This document shows, piece after piece, positions 39,728 through 53,856 of a stretch of DNA of 64,000 nt. How positions within the stretch are numbered: position 1 is the stretch's first letter; every line of letters begins with the position of its first letter. A program made the translations under genes and the position numbers. The DNA is from Eledone cirrhosa (taxonomy: Eukaryota). The stretch lies in assembly GCA_964016885.1 (NCBI GenBank), contig OZ024762.1, positions 7,254,001-7,318,000 of the forward strand, given 5' to 3'. The notes under the pieces were generated by a model, which saw only the letters and a program-made list of their open reading frames with translations, ran no database searches and was not told where the DNA came from.

Positions 39728-41400
39728 TCAGTAGAGTGTCGGATAACATGCTTTGTGGCATAGAGTTGCGTCCCTTTGCGTCCTGGATTCAAGTCCCACT
39801 GAGGTTAGGTTCGCCTTTCATCCTTACGGGGGTCGATAAAATAAAAATACCAGTGATGCTCTGGTACTTTAACCACTGCACCTCTAACTACTGAGACCAA
39901 TTATTATTGTTATTATCATTATTATTGTTGGATTGGTAGTATTGGTAGGGGGGTCGGACGCCATGCTTTGACGCATAGAGTTACGGCCCTTGCCTTCCTG
40001 AGTTCAAATCCCGTCGAGGTTAACTTTGCCTTTCATCCTTACGTGGGGGGGGGGGGGGTGAGGTCCATAAAATAAAGTACCAGTAATAGACTGGGGTAAT
40101 TGCTGGCCTTGTGCCTAACGTAGAAACAATTATTAATATTCGAAAGGGTGGTGGATTGGCAGTATCGGTAGAGGGTCGGACGCCATGCTTTTGCAGCATA
40201 GAGTTACGGCCCTTTATGGTCTGAGTTCAAATCCCGCCGAGGTTAACTTTGCCTTTCATCCTTACGGCGACGGGGGGGGAGGGGGGGTCGATAAAATAAA
40301 GTACCAGTAATGCACTGGGGTAATTGCTGGGCTTGTGAATAACGTAGAAACAATTATTATTGTTGTTGTTGATGTTGATGATGGTGTTGTTATTGTTATT
40401 GTTATTGCTGTATATTCTGCATTCATATCTCGCCATTTTCAACCTTGCCTTTCGTCCTTGCCAAGGATGATAAAATAAATTCAAACCAAGTCCTGTGGGT
40501 CAATTTAATTAAACTATACCTCTTCCTTTTCTAAATTGTGGCCTTGTGGCTTATGTCAAAAGTCAATGCTGTTATATATCATCATTATTGCTGTTCCCTG
40601 CTCTGAGTTCAAATCCTGCTGAGGTTAGCTTTGCTATTCATCCTTAGGGGGTCGATAAAACAAAGTACCAGTAATTCCCTACCCCCAAAATTGTTGGCCT
40701 TCTGTCTAAATCAGAAACCATTATTATTATTGTTCTCTGGGCGGTGGATTGGCAGTATCGGTAGAGGGTCGGACGCCATGCTTTGACGTATAGAGTTACG
40801 GCCCTTGCCTTCCTGAGTTCAAATCCCGCTGAGGTTAACTTTGCCTTTCATCCTTACGGGGGTCGATAAAATAAAGTACCAGTAATTCCCTACCCCCAAA
40901 ATTGTTGGCCTTCTGTCTAAATCAGAAACCATTATTATAATTGTTCTCTGGGCGGTGGATTGGCAGTATCGGTAGAGGGTCGGACGCCATGCTTTGCAGC
41001 AAAGAGTTACGTCCCTTTACGGTCTGAGTTCAAATCCCGCTGAGGTTAACTTTTGCTTTTCATCCTTATGGGGTCGATAAAATAAAGTACCAGTAATACA
41101 CTGGGATAATTTCTGGCTTTGTGCCAAAAGTAGAAACAATTATAAAATAAAGTACCAGTAATACACTGGGATAATTGCTGGCCTTGTGCCAAAAGTAGAA
41201 ACAATTATTATTGTTCTCTGTTCTGAGTTCAAATTACGTTGAGGTCAACATTGCCTTTTTTTATCCGGTGCAGTGGAGCGTTGGGGGTGGGGTGCAATAT
41301 CAAATAAAGTACCAGTCAAATACTGGGGTTGATATAATTGACTTTCTTTTCCCCTTCCTTCTCCTCAAAAATTGCTGACCTTGTGTCTAAATTAGAAACC
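39728..41400 (+). mobile_element. Head-to-tail cluster of at least 7 SINE family A copies
   Basis: The consensus restarts at about 39728, 39929, 40147, 40601, 40740, 40950 and 41221. Confidence 0.9.
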
Positions 41401-42205
41401 ATCGTTATTACTATTGTTGCTGTTATTAATATTATTATTATTATTATTTTTTTTTTTTTTTTTTTGGTAAGTTTTGTAGTTTTGCAATTCAAAGAAGGAA
41501 AGGTGGTGTGTTTTAATTTCAATAATTTTGTTCAGCAAATTGATATTTAATCTTGCTACTATTACTACAGCCATTGTATTGTATCCTCAGAAAAAGGGTA
41601 CATAACTCTGCTTGCCTCAGTCTGCCTGACTGACAAAAATAAAAACAGGTTCCACTCCTACTTCACAGCTGAGTGGTTAGCGGTAGGATGGGGCATCCAG
41701 CTGTAAAAAATAATTGCTCCAAGAGAAACCACCCACTCATGCTAGCATGGAAAAATGGATGTAAAATATTGAAAACAAAAAAAAAATATTAAAAAAAAAA
41801 TGTTTCATAAGAGACAAAAAAACAGCTATCGGCCACCACTCTTAAGGTAACTATTGTGTCCCCCCCTCCCCACTTACATATATATATATATATATAATAT
41901 ACACATACATTCATCTCTCTCTATATATAATAATTATACACATATATAATGTATATATACACACATATATAATATATATATGTGTGTGTATGTATGTAGA
42001 TACATGATCATACGTGACTCCCCCCAACCCCACCCTCCATATTTCTAGATACTTTTTCATGTGTCAGCTAACATTTTTTTGGCTGGTTCCAGCACAATTT
42101 TTTACTTATATATATGTGTGTGTGTGTATATATGTGTATGTGTGATGTACATATATATATATGTATATATTTTTATACATACACACATATATATATATAT
42201 GTATA

Positions 42206-42290
<85 letters not shown>

Positions 42291-43137
42291 GTATATATAT
42301 ATGTATGTAGTAAAAGGCGGCAGTAGAAAAATATGACAGGCAAATAATTACAAATGAAACAAAACAAAAGAACGTAATGTCTTATCCAGTATATATCAAC
42401 ATGATATTTCAGGGTTTATACCCTCTTTTCAGATGTGAAGCTGAAACAGTCCAAGACAAAACAAAACGATCGATCAGAGTTTTCTTCCCTAACTGGTTTA
42501 TGGGTTTGGGGTTGCTATAGAAACCATTCTTCCTCATGCATTTCTGATCTATTATTTATCTCTGGTTTTGTCCAGCTGATGAAAATGGCCTCTTTAATCC
42601 TTAGATTGCCTATATTTCTTTCAGTCACTTGCGCATCTCTCAAGATGTTTTTTAATGGAGGAGGCTCTCATTGTCACACGCTCCTTCATCTATATATGTA
42701 GCCTCCTTATGGTACTTCCGATGTATGAGGAGCTACATGATTAATTAATTTGGAGATTGGTGCTGGTGTCACAATAATCAATTAACCCAGGTGTAAGCAA
42801 GATTAAGCAATCTACATTGATTGTACTTTTCCATGGACGATATGATCCATAGGTTAATACATAACAGAATATTGATAGATAGGTAATTATGATGACAGGC
42901 AGTTAGTTTTTCATATTCAGATATTATATACCAATGAATTAGTTAAATTTACATTATATATATATTTAATATAGAAATGGCTTCTAAAGGACTAGAACTG
43001 TTTCATTCGAAGGAAATCATCAGGGCTTTCTTGATGATTTCCTTCGAATGAAATATATATATGTATGTATATATATATATATATGTATATATATGTATAT
43101 ATATATATGTATATATATATATGTATATATATATATG

Positions 43138-43168
<31 letters not shown>

Positions 43169-43169
43169 G

Positions 43170-43200
<31 letters not shown>

Positions 43201-43353
43201 GTATATATATGTATATATATATATGTGTATATATATATGTATGTATATGTATATATATATATATGTATATATATATGTGTATATATATATGTATGTTTAT
43301 ATATATATGTATATGTATATATATGTATATATATGTATATATATATATATATG

Positions 43354-43386
<33 letters not shown>

Positions 43387-43393
43387 GTGTATT

Positions 43394-43441
<48 letters not shown>

Positions 43442-43462
43442 CACATATATATATATATATAT

Positions 43463-43511
<49 letters not shown>

Positions 43512-43695
43512 TATATACACACATATATATAGTAATAATAACTACAAAGACCAAAAGCCATAGAGGACTTGATAAGTATATATTTTTTCAGATGTTCCCC
43601 CCACATCGGGTGAAAGCAGAAGTATTTTGCTTAAACTTTTAATCTGTACCGAGCTGAATTGTTCTCGGTATGGTGAACTAACTGTTGTGCTACTA

Positions 43696-43734
<39 letters not shown>

Positions 43735-44062
43735 TGTTTCTTTTTATTTTAACAAAATCCAAAAAATTCCAGCTGTTTTGGTCAGAAATTTTGTTCTGAA
43801 CAAAATAAGGGGGGCTAGAATTTTGGAGACCTTTTTTTCTGTGAAGAAGATGGGCATTTGGTTGGATGATGGTGGTGGGGGACAGTCTTTATTATGAAAA
43901 GAAAAGAAACTGTCTAAAAGATTATAAAAAGAAACTAAAAAGAAAAACATGTAGTACCTTGTTGGTTTGTTGATGAAAAATGGTAAATGTTGTGGTATTG
44001 CTGACACAGTGATCATTTTGAAATGGTTTCAATGCAGGGAAAAATATATATATTTATTTTTC

Positions 44063-44095
<33 letters not shown>

Positions 44096-44357
44096 TTCTT
44101 TGTTAACTACCTGGACCAAAAACATTAGGGACTATAACATTTCTCAGCCCGAGTGGTAATAAGAAGTTTTAAATTGTCTCAACACAGGGAAAAGTATATA
44201 TATTTTCTCAATAATAATAATAATAGTAATAATAATAATAAGGATTTCTTTGTTGGCCTTTTGGGCTGAAAACATATAATATAATGTGTTCAGTCTGAGT
44301 AGTATTAATAACAATAACAATAAGTTTGAAATTGTTCTCAACATCGGGGAAAAAAAT

Positions 44358-44792
44358 ATGGAGGCACATGGCTTAGTGGTTAGAGCATTGGCCTTGCAAT
44401 CGAAAGGTTGTGAGTTCAATTCTCAGACCGGGTGATGTGTTGTTTCCATGGAGGCACATGGCTTAGTGGTTAGAGCATTGGCCTTGCAATCGAAAGGTTG
44501 TGAGTTCAATTCTCAGACCGGGTGATGTGTTGTTTCCTTGAGCAAGACACTTTATTTCACATTGCTCCAGTTTACTCAGCTGTAGAAATGAGATGATAGG
44601 GACTGGGGTCCCTATAATTCCACTGCAAAGTGGTCGTGGAGGTGCCACGGCAAAAAAGCACCCAGCATTCACTGTAAATGAGGTTGGTGTTAGGAAGGGC
44701 ATCCAGCTGTAGAAATCAAGCCAGCATCAGTTCCCGTCCCACCCTTGCAAGCAGGGAAAAGTGGACGTAAAATAAAATGATGATGATGATGA
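44358..44792 (+). mobile_element. SINE family B (tail 2) with tandemly duplicated 5' head
   Basis: About 90 bp of atggaggcacatggcttagtgg...gtttcc is repeated before the full copy. (TGA)n tail. Confidence 0.9.
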
Positions 44793-45555
44793 TATTTGTT
44801 TTCTCAATAAAAATAATAATAGTGATAATAATAATACTAATAATGAGGATTTCTTTATTAGCCATCCAGGGCTGAAAACATTGAGGATAATAGAATGCTT
44901 TCAACCCATGTGGTAATAATAATAATAAGAAGAATATGTTAAGAAAGGGAAATAGACATATCTTTTTCTCTATTGTTTTGTCGAAGGTTACCATAATAAG
45001 TATTCTTGTCAGACTTGCTTTGGGTATTCTAGCTTTTATCTGTTTCTCTATTATTTATTCTCATCATTGCCGATTGTGGTGTGGATTAAGCTTGCATGGG
45101 ACCCCAAGCTACACCGCCAAATCAGCCACCACCCATTACCTTCCACCCCACACTAATTTAATATTAATTTTTTTGTACGTGCTTGGGGCCGATGAGGAAT
45201 CAAGGATTCCGTGAAAGGGGTCGATGGTCTAAAACGTTTGGGGATCCCTGATATACAACACATATATTCATATACACAGACATGTACATCTTAACAGTCT
45301 TTAACCCTTTTGATACCAACCCAGCCAAAACTGGCCCTGGTTCTATGGAAGAAAACCACCCATTTTAAACGAATCCTATATAAATTTATATCTTCCAACA
45401 TATTATACAGGAACCACAAGCTAAGTTATATTAGGAATGAAATAATTAATCCTTTGAGTAAACCCTTAACAATTTTGCATTAATTGAAAGAGTTTATTTC
45501 ATAACAAATATGGTCATGAAAGTATATAATGTACAGCTAGTTTCTAATATACTGC

Positions 45556-45940
45556 CATGTGGCTTAATGGTTAGGATGTTTGACTCATGATTGTAAGGTC
45601 ATGAGTTTGAACCCAGTTCGAGAAGGAGGGTACACATTGTGTCCTTGAGAAAGGTAATTTCATTTCCCATCAGTCCATTCAGCTGGCAGAAATGAGTTGT
45701 ACCTGTAATTCAAAGGGCCAACCTTGTCACATTCTGTGTCATACTGAATCTCTGAGAACTATGTTAAGAGTACACGTGTCTGTGGAATGCTCAGCCACTA
45801 GCTCATCAATATCACACTTGACACCAGAACCAGTGAAACTTCATTAAGCTCCTTATACATAAAGACATGATGGGCATGACTGGAACTTCTTCCATCATAG
45901 GTCTATTCCATCAGAGCTGATCTGTGGATAAACAACAACA
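45556..45940 (+). mobile_element. Older tRNA-derived CORE-like SINE (third family)
   Basis: tggcttaatggttagg A-box, gagtttgaaccc B-box, tgtgtccttgagaaagg core, and (aac)n-like end. Confidence 0.6.
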
Positions 45941-46298
45941 GCCATGTCTTTTTCAAGCCGACAAGAGCAGGCCTCTACATGGTAGCTTGATGTGCAAGAA
46001 ATGGCAGCCAAATTTCCTTAACATCAAACCCTACCATCTTTGTTTAATATGAATTAACTTCACCATTAAAGCCTAGAAAAACAAAAACCCAAATGATTCT
46101 GAATGAAAGAGAAAAAAATAGATTTTAAAAATTATAAATATCATTGGTTTAGAAGTTTGGTTTGCAATCATGTAGTTTCAGAGTTTAGTCCCAGTGAGTG
46201 CTGGCATTTTAGGCAAGTGTTTTCTATTTTGCTATAGGTCTCAAGTTAACCTATTCCTTCATGAGTGAAATTTGGTAGATGGGTACTATGTGGAAGTC

Positions 46299-46329
<31 letters not shown>

Positions 46330-46839
46330 AATATATGAATATGAAATTGAATCAGGACCCCGACAGCTGATTCTGGCTGTTTCAACAACTAGGTCCAAAC
46401 TATATATATATATATGTATATACATATATATATATGTATGTATATACATACATATATTCATATATATATATATATGGGGGTGGGTCTGTGCTTGTGTTTA
46501 TGTTTACTGTTTGTATATTTTCTGTAACCTAAGAGGTTTGGAAAAAGATAAAATAAATACCAGACATTTAAAAAAATAATAAAGTACTGGAATCGATGAG
46601 GTGAACTAAATAAATCCTTTCAGGGTGGCACTGCCCCAATAAGGCCGCAGTCTAATAACTGAAAAAAAAAAAAAAAGAAAGAATATACATTTGTAAATGA
46701 AGATATTGGTGAGTTTGTGTGTCAGCCATGGACAAAAGATATTTATTGATGGTTCATTTACAGTGTCTACTCATGTAAAAGTCACATTTTTTTATAATTA
46801 TTTTTTTAAGTTAAATCTATGAGGTCAACTATTGCAGTG

Positions 46840-47010
46840 TGAAGGACCAAGGGCGCCAGAGGTCTTGACAGAAACTGATGATGCAAAGAAGTAGCGGTCA
46901 GTCAGGCCCCGGTATTTGACTATCTTCTTCTACTCCACGTTGCGGGCAGCAGAGCCCAGGTTTCTGACCAAAGCAACAGTGCTGGAGGCAGAGAGAAAGT
47001 CACTACTCGG
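46840..47010 (-). mobile_element. CRE-clade remnant (family 2)
   Basis: Minus frame AARNVE*KKIVKYRGLTDRYFFASSVSVKTSGALGP. Confidence 0.6.
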
Positions 47011-47105
47011 TGTTGTATATTTCAAGTGGGTGAAATTTACACTACAATCCTATACACTGTATCTATAAGTATAAACCCAAACAGATTCTAAAAGAATAAA
47101 AAGTA

Positions 47106-47299
47106 CTGTATATACTCAAATATAAACCGATCCCACTATTTTATGTCTGAGAAATGGGCAAAAATCCAAACCTTATTTACAAAGAATTTGAAGTTGATGA
47201 AAATCATCAAAATATTGACTCCAAATATAAGCCGACCCTTCTCCTTCTACAATCGTTTTTTGGTTACATATTCCTTGGCTTATACTTGAGTATATATGG
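47106..47299. mobile_element. pogo/Tc2-like MITE
   Basis: TA|ctgtatatactcaaatataaaccga ... ttggcttatacttgagtatatatgg|TA. Confidence 0.8.
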
Positions 47300-47763
47300 T
47301 AATCAAACTGATGTTTCTACCCATCAAAACACATTTTCTACTACCAAGATGCATAAATAAAGCCAGGTAGTTCTTACAAATATTTCTTCAAAACATAATG
47401 ACATAAAAAAATTAATTTCCTCATTATAAAATTTTAAGTTTAGGATAATACTTTGATTTACAAATGTTGATTTGTTACTAGTCAACTTTTACACAAGATG
47501 CATGTAAAAAAAAAACGTTTTGAGATAAGAACAAAAAATAGTGGGGGTCAAACATTTTTATAGGATTGACTTTTACTTAAGTATATAAGTGTATTAATGA
47601 TTTATGCCAAAGAGAGTCCAAACGGAATTGAAAGAATTTATCAGCCAGAAAATAGAACATTCCAACTAGACTAAAAGAAAATTCAGTCTTCCCAATTTTT
47701 TCTGTAATATTTTTTTTAATAAAATAAAAAAATTTCAATTGATCTATTTGAAACTATAATTAA

Positions 47764-48130
47764 CACTTAACATCTTGTACCACATTAAACCACATTAGCA
47801 AGACCTTCTTGAAAACAGCAAAGCAACATTATGACTGCATCATAATAAAAATTAAAGCCTTTACTTTAGTTTACTGATAATATTTACAACAATCTGTCCA
47901 CTAATAAAGATAATATAAACATTTGAAATAACAAACCACATTGGCAAGACATATGCCAAAAGAAGAAAACAACACTCACTATAACTGCATCACATTGAAA
48001 TCTAAAGTCTTTACTTTAATATTGCAAATTTTCATAATGATTTGTCCAATAGTAAAGATACTATAAACATTTGAGTTAACAAACCCCATTTTTAAATATT
48101 TGCTGTTAAATCATTACAGGTTGTTAAGAG
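47764..48130. mobile_element. TTAA-targeting MITE, same family as 7863
   Basis: ttaa|cacttaacatcttgta ... tacaggttgttaagag. Confidence 0.7.
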
Positions 48131-48845
48131 TTCATTATTCACTGTTGACTGTTGTTGAAAAGATTTTTAAATGAAGAAATTGTATTTTTTAGGAAAACAA
48201 AATGAAAAGCAAAATGAATTTTGAATAAACCTCAGATGAAATTGTGGGGATTGCAACAAAAGGGACTTGAAAAATAATAATTCTAACAATAATAACAATG
48301 ATATTACTACTACTACTAATAATAATAATAATAATAATGATGATGATGAAATCAATACATTTTTATACATATTTTCTCCTTGGAGAGGAAAGACTCAAGA
48401 ATTATTCAGTGGCCACACACACACAAATATATACAAATATGTATTATACATATATAAATAAATGCATATATATTAAATAATATATATGTATTATATATAT
48501 ATATATATATATTACACATATGTATATATATATAACATACATGTATATAAAAAATATATACTCAATATATATAAAATGAATATTATACATATATATGTAT
48601 ATTATATATATATTATACATTTGATATGCATATATATGTGTGTATGTGTGTGTTTAGAGAGAGAGAGATCCGGATTTTTCTGGTTTTAAACTAGTAAGAC
48701 TATTATTCAGTAGAGTACTGGATACTTGGGATAGTAGAGTGTAAACATCTTAGAGAGTTTGGGCTCAACAGCTGAGCTCTTGCCATTTCAACAGTAAATT
48801 CCAAAGTCAGCTCTCAGGCCCTGACTCTTTAATATATAAATATGC

Positions 48846-48905
<60 letters not shown>

Positions 48906-49225
48906 GTGTGTATATATATATATGTATATATATATATGTATGTATATATGTATATATATATATATATATATGTGTATATATATGTGTGTATATATATATG
49001 TATATATAGATGTATATATATATATGTGTGTATATATATAAATATATATATGTATATATATATGTATATATATATATGTGTGTATATATATATATGTATA
49101 TATATATGTATATATATATATGTGTGGATATATAGAAATATATATATATGTATATGTATATATATATGTGTGTATATATATATGTATATATATATGTATA
49201 TATATATATGTGTGTATATATATAA

Positions 49226-49259
<34 letters not shown>

Positions 49260-49308
49260 GTGTGTGTATATATATATATGTATATATATATGTGTGTATT
49301 TATATATG

Positions 49309-49342
<34 letters not shown>

Positions 49343-49344
<2 letters not shown>

Positions 49345-49540
49345 ACGAAGGAGGTGTGGTAAGGAACCAGATGGACCATAACGCACCAGAGTACTCAATA
49401 CTTAGGGTAGTAGAGTGGGTAATAGGAAAAAGTTTGACCCCGACAGCAGAGCTCAAGCCGTTTCGATAGCTATTTCTGAGTCCAGAAATAGCCGTCGAAA
49501 CGGCTTGAGCTCTGCCGTCGGGGTCTAACATTTTCCTATA
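49343..49540 (-). mobile_element. Penelope-like terminal fragment with about 118-bp hairpin, in (TA)n
   Basis: Inverted arms at 49422-49539. Same family as 5513. Confidence 0.55.
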
Positions 49541-49894
49541 TATACACATATATATATATTATATATATGATATATTCATATGCATATTTATATATATATA
49601 TAATATATACATATATGTGTATATATGCATATATTTATATATTATATACATATGTGAATATATATTCATATGCATATATATATACATATATATATATGTG
49701 TATATATATACATATATATATGTATATAAAATATACATATATATGTGTGTGTTATTATTATTATTATTACCATTGTGTAAAATATTCTTGTTCTTGGACA
49801 GGTCAAAAATGCACCTTTACTATGTCACACTCCCCGCCACCAACATCACCTCTCTTCTGCTTCTTAATTCAGTTGTTTTCAATAGAAGAGGTCC

Positions 49895-50340
49895 TGCTAC
49901 TTACTACATGTCACTTGCTACATGTCAGTTGCTACATGTCACTTGCTACATGTCGCTTGCTACATGCCGCTTGTCACATGCCATTCGCTACATGTCGCTT
50001 GCCACATGTCACTTTGTTACATGTAGCTCGCTACATATTGCTCGCTACATGTCTCTTTGCTACATGACAGTTGCTACATGTCGCTTGTCACATGCCATTC
50101 GCTACATGTCGCTTGCCACATGTCGCTTTGTTACATGTAGCTCGCTACATATTGCTCGCTACATGTCTCTTTGCTACATGACAGTTGCTACATGTCGCTT
50201 GCCGCATGTCATTTGCTACATGTCGCTTGCCACATGTTACCTGTTACGTGTATCACGCTACATGTTGCTTGCTACATGTTACTTGTGGCATGTAGTTTGC
50301 TACATGTCACTTACTACATGCCACTTGCTACTTGTTACGA
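49895..50340. repeat. Degenerate 14-bp tandem repeat (gctacatgtcgctt)
   Basis: ACATGT core recurs about every 14 bp, with a 114-bp internal duplication. Confidence 0.9.
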
Positions 50341-50426
50341 GCAAAATATCATTGGTGTTAATATTGATGCTACTGCTGCTGAAGTTATTTCTCCATTCCC
50401 TTCATCGTCTTCCATTAATTTACTCT

Positions 50427-50456
<30 letters not shown>

Positions 50457-50457
<1 letters not shown>

Positions 50458-50675
50458 GGATTAGCAGTAGAATCGGTAGAGGATCGAACACCATGCTTTG
50501 CAGCATAGAGTTACGGCCCTTTACGTTCTGAGTTCAAATGCCGCCGAGGTTAACTTTGCCTTTCATCCTTACGGGGGGTCGATAAAATATAGTACCAGTA
50601 ATGCACTGGGGTCGATTTAGTTGACTTTTCCCTCCCCCTTCAAATTGCTGGCCTTGTGCCAAATGTAGAAACAAT
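50457..50675 (+). mobile_element. SINE family A in (ATT)n
   Basis: Matches the family A consensus. Confidence 0.88.
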
Positions 50676-50686
50676 TATTATTATTA

Positions 50687-50718
<32 letters not shown>

Positions 50719-51610
50719 TCATTGGATATTTCCTGTAAAGAAAAAAAAAACTGTTTGTTTTAACATGGCGTCTGTTACGACAACTGCCACCTTTTCAAAG
50801 TTGTACTCTAATTGTGTTATGTTGTTTATGAAAAATAAACACTTCATTAAAATATAATCCTATTTCAGTGTTATATTCTATTCTTTATGTTCTTTATATT
50901 CTATTCTTCATTGGAACAATCTTCTTTTTCTTCTTCTTATCCCCCCTCCTCCTCCTTTTTCCTGTTGTTGTTGTTCTTCTTCATTTCTTAACTCATTAAT
51001 GAAATATAGTCTGTTTTACTAGTAATAAGGTACCAATAGGGATGACATAGTAGAGCAGTATTAAAATATGCATATGAGTGAGTGTGTGTGCATTATATAT
51101 ATATATATATATATATGTGTGAAGGCTGAGTGGTTAGAGAATTGGATTCGCAATCGTGAGGTTGAGAGTTCGATTCTTGGACCAGGCGATGCGTTATGTC
51201 CTTGAGCAAGACACTTTATTTCATGTTGCTCCTTTTACCTGGAGTTGCAACTGATAGAGAGTATTAGCAATTGAAAAGACCAACAGAAACATTGTTTCCT
51301 CGGTCCGATTTGACGAAAGTCGATCGAAGAAAAAAAATATATATATATAGAAGTGGTTACACAACAGTTAGTTCACCATACCGAGAACAATTGTTTCACC
51401 TTAGCGGATCCTCAGCTCGGTATGGTGAACTATATATATGTATATATATTATAAGGATAAGGAACAAGGATTCAGTGTTCCATCATAGCATATTTAATAA
51501 CATCAGCTCGAGGCAAAACTTATTATAGATCGAACCTGACTCTGCTCTGCACGAGCATCGAGTGCTCAACCGGCATACCACCTATGGACACATTTTTCAT
51601 GCAACCATAC

Positions 51611-51641
<31 letters not shown>

Positions 51642-51784
51642 ACCTTTGATTATATTAACCTTTGATTTATACTCGGATGATTCCGGCCTTGTGCTTGGAT
51701 GAAACGATTGTAAGTAATTAAATGTTCTAAATGTTCGAAGGCCACCTTCGACTCCCTTCTCATCCAGTCGGATCAGTTTGCAAG

Positions 51785-52455
51785 GTACCGCTTACTATCT
51801 GCCAGCGCCAAATACTCAGGGGACTGGGTTGATGCCCTACCTGTGGCCAACGTTGGTGGCCTACTCAGCCTGGACAAAATTTGTGTCTCCATCGCCCTCA
51901 GAGTGGGAGCTGATGTCTGCATGGGTTTGAGGTGCCGATACTGCAAACTCTTCGATTCCACAGTCTTTCTTGCTGGCCGCTTCACGTGTCAGACGGAGCT
52001 AAACCTCATTCTCAAGAGAGTTTTGGCCCGGGCAAACATCCCCTCAATCTTAGAACCATCTAGGTTGTCCAGAAGTGACGGTAAAAGATCTGACGGCCTT
52101 ACCCTGTGCCCCTGGTCGAGAGGCAGGTGCCTTGTCTGGGACGTCACTCTTAGTGACTCTTTTGCTTCTTCCCACATCCTGGATGCTGCAGTTAGGACGA
52201 GAGCCACAGCCAAGCGGAGTAAGACCCTCAAATACTGTGATCTATCAGCCAGCTACATTTTTCAGCCTGTGGCTTTCGAGACGTTTGGGGGAGTCGAGCC
52301 GCTGACTGCGAGGTTCCTCTCTTCACTGGCGGCTCGCCTAATAGAGGTAACTGGCGAATCTCGCGAGGGCGCTTGGTTGTTCCAGCGCATTAGCCTCACC
52401 ATCACCTGAGGCAACGCTGCGAGTGTGCTGGCTTGCCTCAAAAATCATTAGAGAG
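51785..52455 (+). mobile_element. CRE-clade non-LTR retrotransposon 3' fragment (Zn-knuckle remnant plus restriction-like endonuclease)
   Basis: SGDWVDALPV...IALRVG...CRYCK...LNLILKR...EP...DGKRSDG...WDVT...KY...PVAFETFG...FQRISL...GNA motif string. Confidence 0.85.
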
Positions 52456-53397
52456 GTTGCCCGGTACTCCTCGCAACGCTCTGTGTTGGCTCGGTTGGTC
52501 ACCCCCTCCTTTACATTTTCTTTAATATTGCAACATTAAAAGAATATATCCTCCTGAAAGAATGGCGAGCAATTTATAATGTTATCTAAGCATTTGTAAT
52601 GTTATTTAGGTATATATTTAAAACATATTTGTTATGTTATTCTATTGTAAATTTATTTATATGCTTTTTATAATAAAAGTTTACTATACTAGTTTAATTA
52701 TGATTTAGATATCTACATAATCTTTCTCATTAGCACCTTATCAGAGTATATTGATTGATTGATAATATATTTGGGTCTATTATCGGCATATATAGTCGAA
52801 CAAGCCTACCTTTGGCTTTGCCGTACATGCAACCAACCACTGTATAAGCCGATACTAACAGTGTATGGTTTGAGGGTTTGTTACGACAGATGTCTGACTA
52901 ACGGGATACTTTAAAAAGTCAACACCGGTGTAAATACGGTGATTTAGTATTAATTACCCTGTGTTTATATAAACAGAATTTAAACAGAAAATACCTATAG
53001 GTGAGTTAGTAGAAGTACATGATTATATGTTATACATGTATATGGAATTATGGACAATACACCAAATACGTTAATAAATATATACAAACATAACTTAAAT
53101 ATCTTTATTCTTAGTTTACATTGTAACTTGTCTTTCTGCCTAACCTTTGCTCTCTCTAACAATTTTTCACTGCACAACTTACTTCCTTCACAATGCTTAA
53201 ATTCAGTATATTTCATAACCCATCTTTCAGCTTTTATTAAGGCGTAACCGTCAACATATTACAAATAGAAATAAAAAAACACACAAGCAGGTAATACATA
53301 CATCTAGGACCACATACAACAAAAGGCAGGCGAAAGGGGTGGGAAAACGAATCACTGCCAAAGCAAAAGATAACAATATCGCGAGGAGCACTGGGAA

Positions 53398-53856
53398 ACC
53401 TCTCTAATAATTTTTATGCAAACCAGCACACACGCAGCGTTACCCTGGGTAAAGGCTAGGCTGGGGTCCTGGAACAACCAAGCGCCCTCACAAGATTCAC
53501 CAGGTACTTTTGTTAGGCGAGCTGCCAGTGAAGATAGGAACCTCGCTGTCAGCAGCCCGACTCCTCCCAAACGTCTTGAACGCCACAGGTTGGGAAATGT
53601 AGTTGGTCGACAGATCACAATATTTTAGTATTTTGTTCCGTTCGGCTGCGGAAGCTGTGACTCGTCCAAACCGCAACATCCAGGATGTGGGAAGAACCAA
53701 AAGAGTCACCAATTGACATCCCAGATAAGGCACCTGCCTCTCGACCACGGGCACAGGGTAAGACCGTCAGTTTTTTCCCATCAATTCTGGACATCGCAGA
53801 ATATTGAGTGGGTGTTTGCCTGGCCAAAGCTCTCTTGATGATAAAGTTTAGCTCCA
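53398..53856 (-). mobile_element. Second, frameshifted CRE-clade copy, inverted relative to 51785
   Basis: ELNFIIKRALAR, ARFLSSLAARL..V.GES.EGAWLFQ and GNAACVL. Confidence 0.85.
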
